Shown: one piece after another, positions 29,534 to 41,659 of the stretch
Position numbering within the stretch: the first letter of the stretch is position 1
Layout: each line of letters begins with the position of its first letter
Sequence record: MK373775.1
Strand: one strand, 5' to 3'
Length of the DNA: 64,000 nt
Source of the DNA: Escherichia phage vB_EcoM_WFK
The notes under the pieces: generated by a model
What the model saw: the letters and a program-made list of their open reading frames with translations, nothing else
Told to the model about the DNA's origin: nothing
The model's database searches: none
Made by a program: the position numbers and the translations under genes

Positions 29534-29705
29534 TTAACCATTCAATTGCCTGGTCGACGTTATCAAATATACCGCCGTCCAAACGTTCTTCATGCTCATA
29601 GTCCAGCACATCAATACCGAACTGTCCATTTACTAAAGGCCAGGCAACAAACAAATATTCTTTATGCTGTTCGATGGCCTCAATCACTTCATATAATCGT
29701 TTCAT
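29514..29705 (-). CDS. Hypothetical protein
   Basis: 63-aa ORF; its stop overlaps the next gene's start. Confidence 0.35.
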   Translation of the reverse strand: MKRLYEVIEAIEQHKEYLFVAWPLVNGQFGIDVLDYEHEERLDGGIFDNVDQAIEWLNENYVR

Positions 29706-30792
<1,087 letters not shown>

Positions 30793-30793
<1 letters not shown>

Positions 30794-31092
30794 TATTTGA
30801 TTCCTAAGAAAGCTTCAAGAATACGAATGTTGAGTTCGCGCCGGTCTTTATTAATTTCAGCAACGTTTTTATTAATTGACGTACTTCTAACGTTTGAAGA
30901 AATAAATTTAATCATATGACTTTTGAGTTGTTGCAAATCCAACCCTTTTTCTTTAGCAGCTTTACGAAGAGCTTTACCTGCTTCATCTAGTGCCTTTGCT
31001 GCATCTTTGTCATAATCTACAAGTGTCATTCCACGGCAGATATCAATATACTCATCAGACCGTTTGATGTAATTCTCTAGTAATGTTTTCAT
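30793..31092 (-). CDS. Hypothetical protein
   Basis: 99-aa ORF. Confidence 0.4.
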
Positions 31093-31149
31093 TTAGATTT
31101 CCTCAATTATCCATAGGAGCATTATACTCTGCTCCCGAGAGTTTGTAAA

Positions 31150-31374
31150 CTATTTTACTAAAGATTCAATATACTCATGAAGAGCTTTAGTCGCTACTGC
31201 CCACTTATTCTGATATTCATTTTTCAGATTAGCACGAGACTGAACTAACAAGCGGTCATTAGTCGGAGGCAAAGATTCTAATCGTTGAATCTGGCGTCCA
31301 TAAATCATAGCCGCCATTTCAGATTCATAGATAAGCCCTTTAATGTATTCATGCTGTTCTTTAGTCATTGGCAT
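31150..31374 (-). CDS. Hypothetical protein (pseT.1 position)
   Basis: 74-aa ORF. Confidence 0.4.
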   Translation of the reverse strand: MPMTKEQHEYIKGLIYESEMAAMIYGRQIQRLESLPPTNDRLLVQSRANLKNEYQNKWAVATKALHEYIESLVK

Positions 31375-31655
31375 TTTTCCTCTTTTAAACCACTACGATA
31401 ATAACATAACATAGTCTTCTGGTCATGTATATATCTTTTTACGTCGTTTAACCAGATACGAAATTCTTGAGAGTCTTCAAATGGCATTCCAACCCACGGA
31501 TTACCATCAATAACCTTTACTTGCCATTTCTGGTTGTATTCGGAAATAGGCGTAGGCCATGAAGGATGTAAAGTTTCTTTAGGGCTTACTGGCACATCCT
31601 GAGTACATCCAACTAGGAGACCAATAGATAATACAGCCACAGTTAATTTAATCAT
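31365..31655 (-). CDS. Outer-membrane spanin (o-spanin, Rz1-like lipoprotein; T4 pseT.2 equivalent)
   Basis: 96 aa; signal peptide with lipobox LVGC; adjacent to and overlapping the i-spanin by 4 nt. Confidence 0.6.
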   Translation of the reverse strand: MIKLTVAVLSIGLLVGCTQDVPVSPKETLHPSWPTPISEYNQKWQVKVIDGNPWVGMPFEDSQEFRIWLNDVKRYIHDQKTMLCYYRSGLKEEKCQ

Positions 31656-32008
31656 TCTGAGAGCTTCCTGAGGTCTTCTGCAAAGGAATCGAAGGACCTG
31701 TTGATTTGTTTTTCGACCAATCCTGGCTTACTTGCCACCACGTTCTTCTTCTTCGAATCCTTACGGAGCTTTTCATTTTCAGCCTTAAGTTGGTCAACTA
31801 AAACACGGTTCTTATAAGTCATTTCTTCGATTGACTGATATTGAATCTTGAAGTCGTCTAATACTTTAGCATTGTTTTTAGCAGTCTCTTTAACAGAAGC
31901 CAATTCAGTATTCAGCGAATCGACTTTATGGTTCAGAAATGCTATTGTTACAGTAGCAACAACTGCAAAAGCTGCCACTACAATATATGATGCATTTACT
32001 TTAAGCAT
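31652..32008 (-). CDS. Inner-membrane spanin (i-spanin, Rz-like; T4 pseT.3 equivalent)
   Basis: 118 aa; N-terminal transmembrane helix followed by a coiled-coil-rich periplasmic domain. Confidence 0.6.
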   Translation of the reverse strand: MLKVNASYIVVAAFAVVATVTIAFLNHKVDSLNTELASVKETAKNNAKVLDDFKIQYQSIEEMTYKNRVLVDQLKAENEKLRKDSKKKNVVASKPGLVEKQINRSFDSFAEDLRKLSE

Positions 32009-32496
32009 GTTTGAATAATCTCAATGATTTCGTCTCGGGATAATCCATTGATAAGAACTGTTTTAGGCCCGTCAGTTTGGATTTTGTATGATTCAAACAA
32101 TACACACAACTCTTCTGCTGTATGATATGGGCTTGAGATTCCGAGACGGTTGAATTTGTCGGTAAGAGGGTCGCAAATAATATAGAATTTGATACCTGCG
32201 ATATGTACGTTTGGTTGACTAATATTAATGAACACATTAGCGTCATATTTAGTCAAATTGTTTTGAAGAAATTCTACCATAGAATTAACTGCTTCTGGCA
32301 TCGCTTCGCGTTTCTCTTCAGCGTATCGGGTTGAATACTCTTTTTGTTTTACTTTCTTTTTAAGATTTTTGGCCAGTGTAACACGTAGGTCAGTAAGATA
32401 ACCAACTGGACGTCCTTTCTTAAAGACCCGGATTCCGTCAGTTGTGTCTCCAAAAGCGTTTACGACCATATCGTTAGTAATCAATTGCATATTCAT
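31996..32496 (-). CDS. alc: Alc-like protein (T4 alc position: inhibitor of host transcription on cytosine DNA); start set to the internal ATG
   Basis: 166 aa from the ATG preceded by GAGGAGAAA and an early promoter; assigned by position between rnlA and the spanins, not by sequence recall. Confidence 0.45.
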   Translation of the reverse strand: MNMQLITNDMVVNAFGDTTDGIRVFKKGRPVGYLTDLRVTLAKNLKKKVKQKEYSTRYAEEKREAMPEAVNSMVEFLQNNLTKYDANVFINISQPNVHIAGIKFYIICDPLTDKFNRLGISSPYHTAEELCVLFESYKIQTDGPKTVLINGLSRDEIIEIIQTCLK

Positions 32497-32525
32497 AATT
32501 TTCTCCTCGTGTTGTTGATAAACCC

Positions 32526-32555
32526 ATAGTATCACCATCCTTGGTGTTTGTAAAC
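32526..32555 (-). promoter_or_regulatory. T4 early-type promoter (GTTTACA-N17-TACTAT) for the alc-like gene
   Basis: Minus strand reads GTTTACA, 17 nt, TACTAT, then a leader with GAGGAG. Confidence 0.45.
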
Positions 32556-32557
32556 CG

Positions 32558-33691
<1,134 letters not shown>

Positions 33692-33737
33692 TCAGTTAGT
33701 TTTTTTAAATTGTACCACAATCCTTGTGGTATGTAAA

Positions 33738-34148
33738 CTACTTTTTCTTATGTTGGATATTCCAAGGCGGGTTGAACTTTTTGATAAAAAGTGGTTCTTC
33801 AAGGTCCATTGTTGCGATGGTCATTGAACCAAGTTCGTTGGTGACTGAAAGGTCAAAACATTGGCGGGCCCAGAATTCAACCTTTTTGCCTTGCATTAAG
33901 GCATCCAAAATCATAAGTGATTTTCTTGAATCTGAAGTCTGGTCTTTTCGATTTATGGCTGTTCGATAATAGTTAATGCGTTTCTTTAAATTCTTGGTTT
34001 TACCAATATACACGAGTTCGTCATCTATAGCAATAGCATATATGACATTTTTCTTATTAGGGACATCAACTGTTTTAATTGTTGCATCTTCTAATAGCTC
34101 CAATTCTGTATATTTAATAAAGGAATATTCGGCGGCGATATCTTTCAT
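33738..34148 (-). CDS. denA: Endonuclease II (GIY-YIG family)
   Basis: 136 aa; GIY-YIG-type motif VYIGKT...KRINYY; near-identical to T4 DenA. Confidence 0.92.
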   Translation of the reverse strand: MKDIAAEYSFIKYTELELLEDATIKTVDVPNKKNVIYAIAIDDELVYIGKTKNLKKRINYYRTAINRKDQTSDSRKSLMILDALMQGKKVEFWARQCFDLSVTNELGSMTIATMDLEEPLFIKKFNPPWNIQHKKK

Positions 34149-34174
34149 AATAAAGTGGGACCGAAGTCCCGTCC

Positions 34175-34677
34175 TTAGAAATATTTTTTGTATGAATTGA
34201 TTACATTTTGGTCTACATCATTATCAATTTGTGCGACAAGATAAGAACTGATTTCAACTTCCTGAGGAGCTGCTTGAACTAAATCAGAGTTCAGATATTC
34301 ACGAATCCAAGGATACGGATGCTTGGTCGGAGCATCCGTAATTGGACATGGCAAACCACACTGTTTCATACGAGACACAGTCAAGTAATCAACAAAAGCA
34401 CACATACTCTGCGTATTGATACCTGGACATGTACCATCTTTAAAGAGGTGTGCAGCCCATTCCTTCTCTTGACTATTTACTTCCATAAAAATGTCAACTG
34501 CTTCTTGTTCACATTCTTTAGCAATTTGAACCCACTCATCACCGTCAGTACCAGATTGAAGTTGACGGATAATGTACTGAGTACCCTTGAGATGGAGTTG
34601 TTCGTCACGAGCAATGAACTTCATAATCTTTGCATTGCCTTCCATAATTTCCATATTCTTGTGGAAGTTAAAGGTAC
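34175..34677 (-). CDS. nrdB: Ribonucleotide reductase beta subunit NrdB, exon 2
   Basis: Reading frame continues the NrdB sequence (...TFNFHKNMEIMEGNAKI...); 3' splice site inferred after the intron-terminal G. Confidence 0.8.
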
Positions 34678-35768
34678 CGTTATGTTCGATTGAGCTCGCT
34701 AATTCTCAACCCGTTCTCTTATGAACTGCTACATATTACTATGCAGACCAGACTATATCACAATCCCAGAGGGATTCTCCCCATTTCGAGTCGCTTGACC
34801 CTACGTCCGAAGACTAGTCGTTGAACCTTGCTTTGCAATTGTCGCCGTGCCATCGTTTATATGTTGATGGTGATAAATCTTTCTTATCACAATATGGACA
34901 ATTCAATTGAATTCTATTTGGATTTAATTTACATCTGTCATTATGTTTTAGATAAAATCCAGGACCTTTACCAATGTGACCACAAAAATCACACGTGATT
35001 TCTTTTTGTGCAGGATGGGTCCCGTTCTTAACCATTTCTAATGTTTTTGCTGATGTTCTTTTCTTATGGTCTTCTGATAAGAAATGATGTGAACCGTCAT
35101 TTACCCGTTTTGATTGAGTTTCTGACTGCATTTTACCACCGCAAAATACATGAGTACCTTCTTTTATAGCTGCAATATTGCGTTCTTTAACTTTTGCAAT
35201 ATGCTCAGCTTGTTGAAAATTATGTATACCTAATGCAACTCTATTTAAATTAGATTTACGCTGTATTTCACCGTCTAAAAGATGAAATGTACCATTTTCT
35301 ATCTTAGATTTAATAGAGGCAATATTTTTAGCTCGTACTTCAGGGATATTAAAAATCTGGATTTCTCTAGATTTTGCGGCTTTAGAAGCTAATTCAGAAA
35401 TTTCTTCAGGAGAATATTTCATTCTAAGCTTTATAGCATGACAAGCCTGGTAATCTTTTTGAGCTAAATGTATATCATAATGTTCCTGTATAGAAAGGCA
35501 CATCAAATTATCTAAATCATTATTTTCACGGTTACCGTCTTTATGATGGATTTCATATGTTCTTCCATCAGAATCTTTAGGTATAGGTCCGTTAGCATCT
35601 ATCCAAATTTTTCTATAGTTCAATTGTGCATCCTCTTAAAAGTATAATCATATTTATATTATACTAATTAAAGGTGCAAGCAAAACCTTGGCTGCTAGTT
35701 TTCCTATAAAGGACTTTCCAGCAATTAAAGGAGTTTTCGATAAACGTTACCGTTTAAAGGCGCATTTT
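34678..35768 (-). mobile_element. Group I self-splicing intron in nrdB (about 1.09 kb) carrying a homing endonuclease ORF
   Basis: NrdB frame is interrupted by a stop directly after FYVSFA; joining exon 1 (ends in U) to exon 2 restores ...SFACTFNF..., which aligns without gaps to bacterial NrdB; boundaries are approximate. Confidence 0.7.
34814..35623 (-). CDS. Intron-encoded HNH homing endonuclease, I-TevIII-like, full length
   Basis: 269 aa inside the nrdB intron; HNH motif EIHHKDGNRENNDLDNL; C-terminal zinc-finger-like CxxC pairs. Confidence 0.8.
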   Translation of the reverse strand: MNYRKIWIDANGPIPKDSDGRTYEIHHKDGNRENNDLDNLMCLSIQEHYDIHLAQKDYQACHAIKLRMKYSPEEISELASKAAKSREIQIFNIPEVRAKNIASIKSKIENGTFHLLDGEIQRKSNLNRVALGIHNFQQAEHIAKVKERNIAAIKEGTHVFCGGKMQSETQSKRVNDGSHHFLSEDHKKRTSAKTLEMVKNGTHPAQKEITCDFCGHIGKGPGFYLKHNDRCKLNPNRIQLNCPYCDKKDLSPSTYKRWHGDNCKARFND

Positions 35769-36444
35769 ACGCAAAAGATACATAAAAACGAATAGCTTCT
35801 AAGGCATTAATAACGTGCAAACAGAGGTAAAGAGATTTCATTAGCTCACGCTTCCAATATGTCTCATGCTCAATAGCATCTTCAATAACGTCTTCGTCTG
35901 CATTAATTTCTTTTTGGTATTCGATATCGGCTTTAGCGTTTTCCCAATAACGAGTTTTAACCAGAACATCATCGTAATATTTACCTATTGATTCAGCTCG
36001 TTTCATGATTGCTTCGTCTAATACAATCTCATCAAATACCTTAGATGGGTCTGTATAAAGATTTCGCATAATATGAGTGTACGAACGAGAGTGAATAGTT
36101 TCACTGAATGTCCATGTTGCAACCCATGTATCTAATGAAGGGTCGGAAATCAGTGCCATAAGTACCGCAGATGGGGCCCTGCCTTGGATAGAATCTAATA
36201 ATGATTGATACTTAAGATTGTTTGTAAAGATGTCCTGTTGGAACTGAGGAAGCTTATTGAACTGCGCAGAGTCCAACATCAAGTTTACCTCTTCTGGGCG
36301 CCAGAAAAATGACAATTGCTTTTCAATAAGTTCTTCAAAAACTTTATGTCGCTGAATATCATAACGTGCGAGGCCAAGACCAGAACCAAAGAACATTGGT
36401 TCATTCAAAACATCGACTTGTTGTGTGTTAAAAACTGTACTCAT
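35769..36444 (-). CDS. nrdB: Ribonucleotide reductase beta subunit NrdB, exon 1
   Basis: 225 aa of N-terminal NrdB including the diiron/tyrosyl-radical region; 5' splice site inferred after the U following FYVSFA. Confidence 0.8.
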
Positions 36445-36499
36445 TATATTTTCTCACTTAGTTATTAACTCATCCATGAGTAAATTATAATCAAAAGTC

Positions 36500-38764
36500 T
36501 TAAAGCTTACAAGCAGAACAATCTTCAGCTTTAGGTGTTTCTAATTCATAGTCATCTGTACCTGACCCATCACGAGTGTTATGATAGTAGAGGTTTTTTC
36601 CGCCAAAGTACCAGAAGTAAAGCAGATCGTCAAGCATTACCGACATTGGCACTTTACCTTTCTCAAATACTGCAGGGTCATAGTAAGTATTAGCAGAAGC
36701 AGATTGGCACACCCATTTCAACATGATAGCAACTTGGGTCAAATAAGGTTTATTACCTTTCTTAGCAAGTTTCCACGCGTAGTCGTAAAGACTCATGTTA
36801 TGTTCTATATTAGGAACAACCTGTCGGAAGTTGCCTTCTTTAGATTCTTTAATACTTACTGGACCGCGTGGGGGCTCAATCCCGTTTGTAGAGTTCGATA
36901 CTTGACTGCTTGACTCACAAGGCATGAGTGCAGACAACGTTGAGTTACGAATTCCATGTTCTTTGAGTTCAGCTCGAAGTTCTTCCCAATCACATACGTA
37001 GTTCGGGGCTGCGATTTGGTCAATCTTTTTATTGTACCAGTCGATAGGTAATTCGCCTCTAGACCATTTAGTGTCTGAATAATACTCGCAACATCCTTTT
37101 TCTTTGGCGAGTTTGATTGAAGCTTTGATAAGGCCATATTGCAATCTCTCAAACAATTCATGAGTCAAATCGTTAGCGTCTTCATATGAAGCGAAGTTAG
37201 AAGCTAACCATGCAGCATAGTTCGTAACACCAACACCAAGATTACGACGCTTTTTGGCTTTTAAAGCTTCTGGAACCGGATAATCTTGATAGTCTAACAG
37301 GTTATCAAGTGCACGTACTTGTACTTCAGCAAGTTCATTAATTTTATCTTGGTCTTGCCAATCAAATTTATCTAACACGAATGCAGATAACGTGCATAAA
37401 CCAATTTCAGCATCAGGACCATTCACATCATTAGTTGGAATAGCGATTTCACAACATAAGTTACTCTGACGAATTGGAGCTTTTTCACGAATAAACGGAG
37501 TGTAGTTATTCGTGTTATCAACAAACTGTGGATAAATTCGAGCAGTACCAGAGCGTTCAGTCATGAACAATTCAAAGAGTTCTAGTGCTTTGATTCTTTT
37601 CTTTCTGATTGTTGGGTCTTTTTCAGCTTTCTCATAAAGCTCACGGAATTTATCTTGATCTTCAAAGAACGAGTAGTATAGTTCGCCTGACATTTCGTGA
37701 GGGCTAAATAAAGTAATATAATCATTTTTACCAAGGCGTTCCATCATAAGGTCATTAATCTGAATTCCGTAGTCCATATGTCGAATACGGTTTTCATCCA
37801 CGCCTTTGTTATTTTTCAGAACTAATAGGTTCTCTACTTCTAAGTGCCACATCGGATAATACGCTGTAGCAGCACCACCACGAATACCACCTTGAGAACA
37901 AGATTTTACTGCAGTTTGGAAATGTTTCCAGAATGGAATAACACCCGTATGTCGAACTTCACCCATACCGATCTTAGAACCTTCTGCACGAAGCATACCA
38001 ACGTTGATACCAATACCAGCTCGTTTAGAAATATATTCAATAATTGATGCTGAAGTTTTGTTAATAGATTTTAACGAATCACCGGCTTCAATAACTACAC
38101 AACTAGAGAACTGGCGAGTTGGAGTACGAGCACCTGCCATAATTGGGGTTGGCAATGAAACTTGATGAGTAGAAACGGCATTATAAAAACGAATAATATG
38201 TTTCAAACGGTCATGAGTTTCGTCTTGGTGTAAGGCCATGCCAATAGCCATGATAGCAAACTGGGGAGTTTCATAAATCTTCCCAGTTGTTTTATCTTTA
38301 ACTAGATATTTTTCTTTAAGCTGCATAGCACCAGCATAAGTCAGGTCAAAGTCTCGTTCATGTTTAATCTGTGAATCGAGATAAATGATTTCTTCTGCTG
38401 AATATTGAGACAACAGCTCAGGGTCATATTTGCCTTCATTAACACAATAAGAAATATGGTCGATAAAAGCAGGCGGTTCAAACTGCCCATATACATCTTT
38501 ACGAAGTGCAAACATTAGCCCTTTGGCGGCGACATACTGATAATCAGGTTCTTCGACAGAAATCGAGTTAGCTGCAACTTTAATACAAATCTTCTGGATA
38601 TCTTTGGTGCTCATCCCGTCGACAAGATGGGTCTTAATTTCTTCATACAATTCATATGGGTCAATTTGTGTTCCTTCACATTGCCAAGTTAAGACTTGAA
38701 TAATTTTCTGTGCATCAAAATTTTGGGATACACCTGAATTTTTCACTACTTTAAAATTATACAT
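36500..38764 (-). CDS. nrdA: Ribonucleotide reductase alpha subunit NrdA
   Basis: 754 aa, same length as T4 NrdA; class I RNR large subunit with a C-terminal cysteine pair. Confidence 0.97.
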   Translation of the reverse strand: MYNFKVVKNSGVSQNFDAQKIIQVLTWQCEGTQIDPYELYEEIKTHLVDGMSTKDIQKICIKVAANSISVEEPDYQYVAAKGLMFALRKDVYGQFEPPAFIDHISYCVNEGKYDPELLSQYSAEEIIYLDSQIKHERDFDLTYAGAMQLKEKYLVKDKTTGKIYETPQFAIMAIGMALHQDETHDRLKHIIRFYNAVSTHQVSLPTPIMAGARTPTRQFSSCVVIEAGDSLKSINKTSASIIEYISKRAGIGINVGMLRAEGSKIGMGEVRHTGVIPFWKHFQTAVKSCSQGGIRGGAATAYYPMWHLEVENLLVLKNNKGVDENRIRHMDYGIQINDLMMERLGKNDYITLFSPHEMSGELYYSFFEDQDKFRELYEKAEKDPTIRKKRIKALELFELFMTERSGTARIYPQFVDNTNNYTPFIREKAPIRQSNLCCEIAIPTNDVNGPDAEIGLCTLSAFVLDKFDWQDQDKINELAEVQVRALDNLLDYQDYPVPEALKAKKRRNLGVGVTNYAAWLASNFASYEDANDLTHELFERLQYGLIKASIKLAKEKGCCEYYSDTKWSRGELPIDWYNKKIDQIAAPNYVCDWEELRAELKEHGIRNSTLSALMPCESSSQVSNSTNGIEPPRGPVSIKESKEGNFRQVVPNIEHNMSLYDYAWKLAKKGNKPYLTQVAIMLKWVCQSASANTYYDPAVFEKGKVPMSVMLDDLLYFWYFGGKNLYYHNTRDGSGTDDYELETPKAEDCSACKL

Positions 38765-39404
38765 AATAATTCCATGTTGGATAATTTGATGATTTTAGCC
38801 GGCGTCTAACCGTTTGGGTGCTCATAGATAAAACTATTGACGCTTCATTTAATGTATCATATATTACGTCGTTTATAATTACTTTCTTTGCAAATGGATT
38901 CTTGGCTCCTATCATAGCATTAGAAATAGCTTGCTTAGTTGATTCTTTTAATGGGACTCCTTTAGAAATTTTTGTTTTAATTTTTATATTGTATTGTCCG
39001 CGTTTTTTACCTAATAAAGAATTTCGTATCTTTTCTTTAGTCTCTTCAGATTTAACATGTCCTAGTTTGGAACGAGATATTTTATCTTTTGTTTTTTGGT
39101 CTAATTTTCGCCCTTTAAGCAAATCAACCATTTTTGCTCTAGCCCATCCAAATTCTTTATTATTTCTAGAACTCATTAAATTAACCGCGGTTGCTAAACC
39201 TAAATTGTTCGGATATATTTTTAATAAAAGAAGATGAGCCAAATAATGTTCTGAATATGTTAATTTAACTAGATTGTATGACTCATTGGTGCCACCTAAA
39301 CATTTTGGGATTATATGATGCCATTCACCATCTATATCTTCAAAATTTCTTTCTTTATTTACCAAGTTTTTATATATTTTTAAATAATCCATAGTATAAT
39401 CCAC
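38757..39404 (-). CDS. Free-standing HNH homing endonuclease (Mob/I-HmuI-like) with C-terminal NUMOD-like repeats
   Basis: 215 aa; HNH motif EWHHIIPKCLGGTNESYNLV...HYLAH; repeated K-x-K-I-S/R-x-S-L-xGK motifs; 3' end overlaps the nrdA start by 8 nt. Confidence 0.75.
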   Translation of the reverse strand: MDYTMDYLKIYKNLVNKERNFEDIDGEWHHIIPKCLGGTNESYNLVKLTYSEHYLAHLLLLKIYPNNLGLATAVNLMSSRNNKEFGWARAKMVDLLKGRKLDQKTKDKISRSKLGHVKSEETKEKIRNSLLGKKRGQYNIKIKTKISKGVPLKESTKQAISNAMIGAKNPFAKKVIINDVIYDTLNEASIVLSMSTQTVRRRLKSSNYPTWNYYV

Positions 39405-39467
39405 TTTGTAGTATCAACGGGATAGTATTTATCCCGTTAATTTATTATACACTTTTAAACTGAAGCG

Positions 39468-39722
39468 TTAATTATCCACAGCAATAATTTCTTCATATTC
39501 TTTAGGTGTCAAGACTGTGATATTGAAATAAACCAACGGTTCTTTTTCTATACCGAATCCACCACAAAATTCACGATATTCATAAATTCGTTCATGTGAA
39601 TAGCAAATGAATCGTTCACCTTTAACTGTGATTTCACTATTCGGTGAAGGGATATCTAGTTCGGTAGGATTTTTCATTTCAAAAATTGTGGTGCCATATG
39701 AATTAATAAAACGTAAAATCAT
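39468..39722 (-). CDS. Hypothetical protein (nrdA.1 position)
   Basis: 84-aa ORF immediately downstream of td. Confidence 0.4.
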   Translation of the reverse strand: MILRFINSYGTTIFEMKNPTELDIPSPNSEITVKGERFICYSHERIYEYREFCGGFGIEKEPLVYFNITVLTPKEYEEIIAVDN

Positions 39723-40583
39723 TTATACCGCCATTTTAGCTTTGATAGTTGGATGAGATTCATAATTTTTAAGAACGAAATCAGAATGTGTCATAGTTCC
39801 AGTAACCCAGTCCATTTGGATTTTTGTAGGCCAATTCTCAAAATTACTAGGCCAATTAATTTCAAGAGAACATAACTCTTTAGGTTCACGACGAAGAACT
39901 TCTTTGCATTGTTCTATATGATTGCTGTAGATATGCGTGTTGCCGCCTGAGAACACTAAATCACCTGGGATAAGATTACACATCTTAGCCACAATATGCG
40001 TCAAGGCAGCGTACGAGGCAATGTTGAATGGCAATCCCAAGAAAACATCTACACTGCGTTGATACCATTGTAAATCAAGATGCCCATTACGCACATTAAA
40101 TTGATAGAACATATGACAAGGAGGAAGAGCCATTTGGTCAATTTCGGCCGGGTTCCATGCAGAAACTATTTGACGACGATCATTAGGAAGAGCTTTAATA
40201 CGGTCGATAGTTTTGTCCAATTGGTCTACACCACCAAAATCACGCCATTGCTTACCATAAATAGGACCAAGTTCGCCGCTATGATACCCAAGGTCTTTTG
40301 CCTGATTTTCATAGTTGTCGTCCCAAATAGTTTTACCTTGAATAAGACTACCATGAGTACGAATACGCAAATCATTAACATTGGTAGAACCAGACATGAA
40401 CCACAGTAACTCGGCAATACAAGCTTTCCACGCTAATTTCTTAGTTGTTACCGCAGGGAATCCTTTAGTCAGATCCCAACGTAATTTAGTTCCGAACAGG
40501 GCAATTGTTCCTGTGCCTGTACGGTCGTCTGTTTCGTAGCCATTTTCTAGGATATCATTAATCAGGTATTGGTATTGTTTCAT
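39723..40583 (-). CDS. td: Thymidylate synthase, uninterrupted (no td intron)
   Basis: 286 aa continuous ORF, same length as the spliced T4 Td protein. Confidence 0.96.
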   Translation of the reverse strand: MKQYQYLINDILENGYETDDRTGTGTIALFGTKLRWDLTKGFPAVTTKKLAWKACIAELLWFMSGSTNVNDLRIRTHGSLIQGKTIWDDNYENQAKDLGYHSGELGPIYGKQWRDFGGVDQLDKTIDRIKALPNDRRQIVSAWNPAEIDQMALPPCHMFYQFNVRNGHLDLQWYQRSVDVFLGLPFNIASYAALTHIVAKMCNLIPGDLVFSGGNTHIYSNHIEQCKEVLRREPKELCSLEINWPSNFENWPTKIQMDWVTGTMTHSDFVLKNYESHPTIKAKMAV

Positions 40584-41167
40584 TTATATACGCTCTCAGT
40601 AATTTCGGTGAGTTCATCGATTCTGTAGTAATGAGATTCTACCATAGAACGTTGAAGCATAATATCTTGGACGAAATCTTTATCAAGTTGAACATCGGAA
40701 TTAACACGACATTTCTTAATGATTTTAGTCATCACGATTTCATCGGCATAAGGCAGTGCTTGTTTTAATAGAGCAGGACCGCCGATAACAGATACATTAA
40801 CATGTTCAGTAGAAAGTTTAAACGGTACATCAGTTGCAGGGCTAAACAGGTTAATTTCACCACCTGTTACCAAGGTAATAAATTCAGATTGGGTGATATA
40901 GAACCGTGCAAGTTCATCAGTTTTAGTCCTAGGCAGTTTTCTGGCCATATCAGTGACAACCACATGAGTACGATCTGGGAGTAGACGAGGTAATGATGCA
41001 AAAGTCTTAGCACCCATAACCATTACAGTGTTTTTAGTGCGAGCAACAAAGTTACTCATATCTTGTTTGATATGCTTCCATGGAAGTCCATCACCTAATC
41101 CAAAAGCATATTCCAGTTTATCATCAACTGTTTTAGATGGTGCGCATGCGAATACTAATTTAAGCAT
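40580..41167 (-). CDS. frd: Dihydrofolate reductase
   Basis: 195 aa; 4-nt overlap with td; size and position as T4 Frd. Confidence 0.88.
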   Translation of the reverse strand: MLKLVFACAPSKTVDDKLEYAFGLGDGLPWKHIKQDMSNFVARTKNTVMVMGAKTFASLPRLLPDRTHVVVTDMARKLPRTKTDELARFYITQSEFITLVTGGEINLFSPATDVPFKLSTEHVNVSVIGGPALLKQALPYADEIVMTKIIKKCRVNSDVQLDKDFVQDIMLQRSMVESHYYRIDELTEITESVYK

Positions 41168-41410
41168 TTTTAAGTCCTTTAATAACTTTTTGGATTTGTG
41201 ATTTAGACGAAACTAGTTCTGTCTGAATTTCCAAACCATCGGTTTGGTCAAATGTTGTAACACAAACACGAGGTTTTGTTGTGTATCATCCAGACAAATC
41301 AAATGCATCACCAATGAATTCGGCCAAATCCGGATGGTCTAAATTAACTGAAGTATAAACTTCATATCCGACATCAGCGCCTTGAGAGTATTCAACAACA
41401 ACATTCATAA

Positions 41411-41659
41411 TTATTTCCTCAGATTTTTCTTAACAACTTTCCAATCGGCTTTGAACATTTCAACATCAGAGTGGCAAATCCAGAATCCTGCACTTTCACC
41501 ATCTTCGTAGAGTGGACATCCATCACATTCTTCGTTCCAACCCATTTCGCGTAAAGCTTCTTCAGCTTGTTCAAGGAGTTCAGCATCTTTACCAACGATG
41601 TTGAAGTACCATTTACCTCTAACTTCAGAATCTTTGATGCTCTGTCGTTGCAATCTCAT
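41411..41659 (-). CDS. Hypothetical protein (frd.x position); start set to the internal ATG
   Basis: The track ORF begins with GTG; the internal ATG gives 82 aa. Confidence 0.4.
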   Translation of the reverse strand: MRLQRQSIKDSEVRGKWYFNIVGKDAELLEQAEEALREMGWNEECDGCPLYEDGESAGFWICHSDVEMFKADWKVVKKNLRK

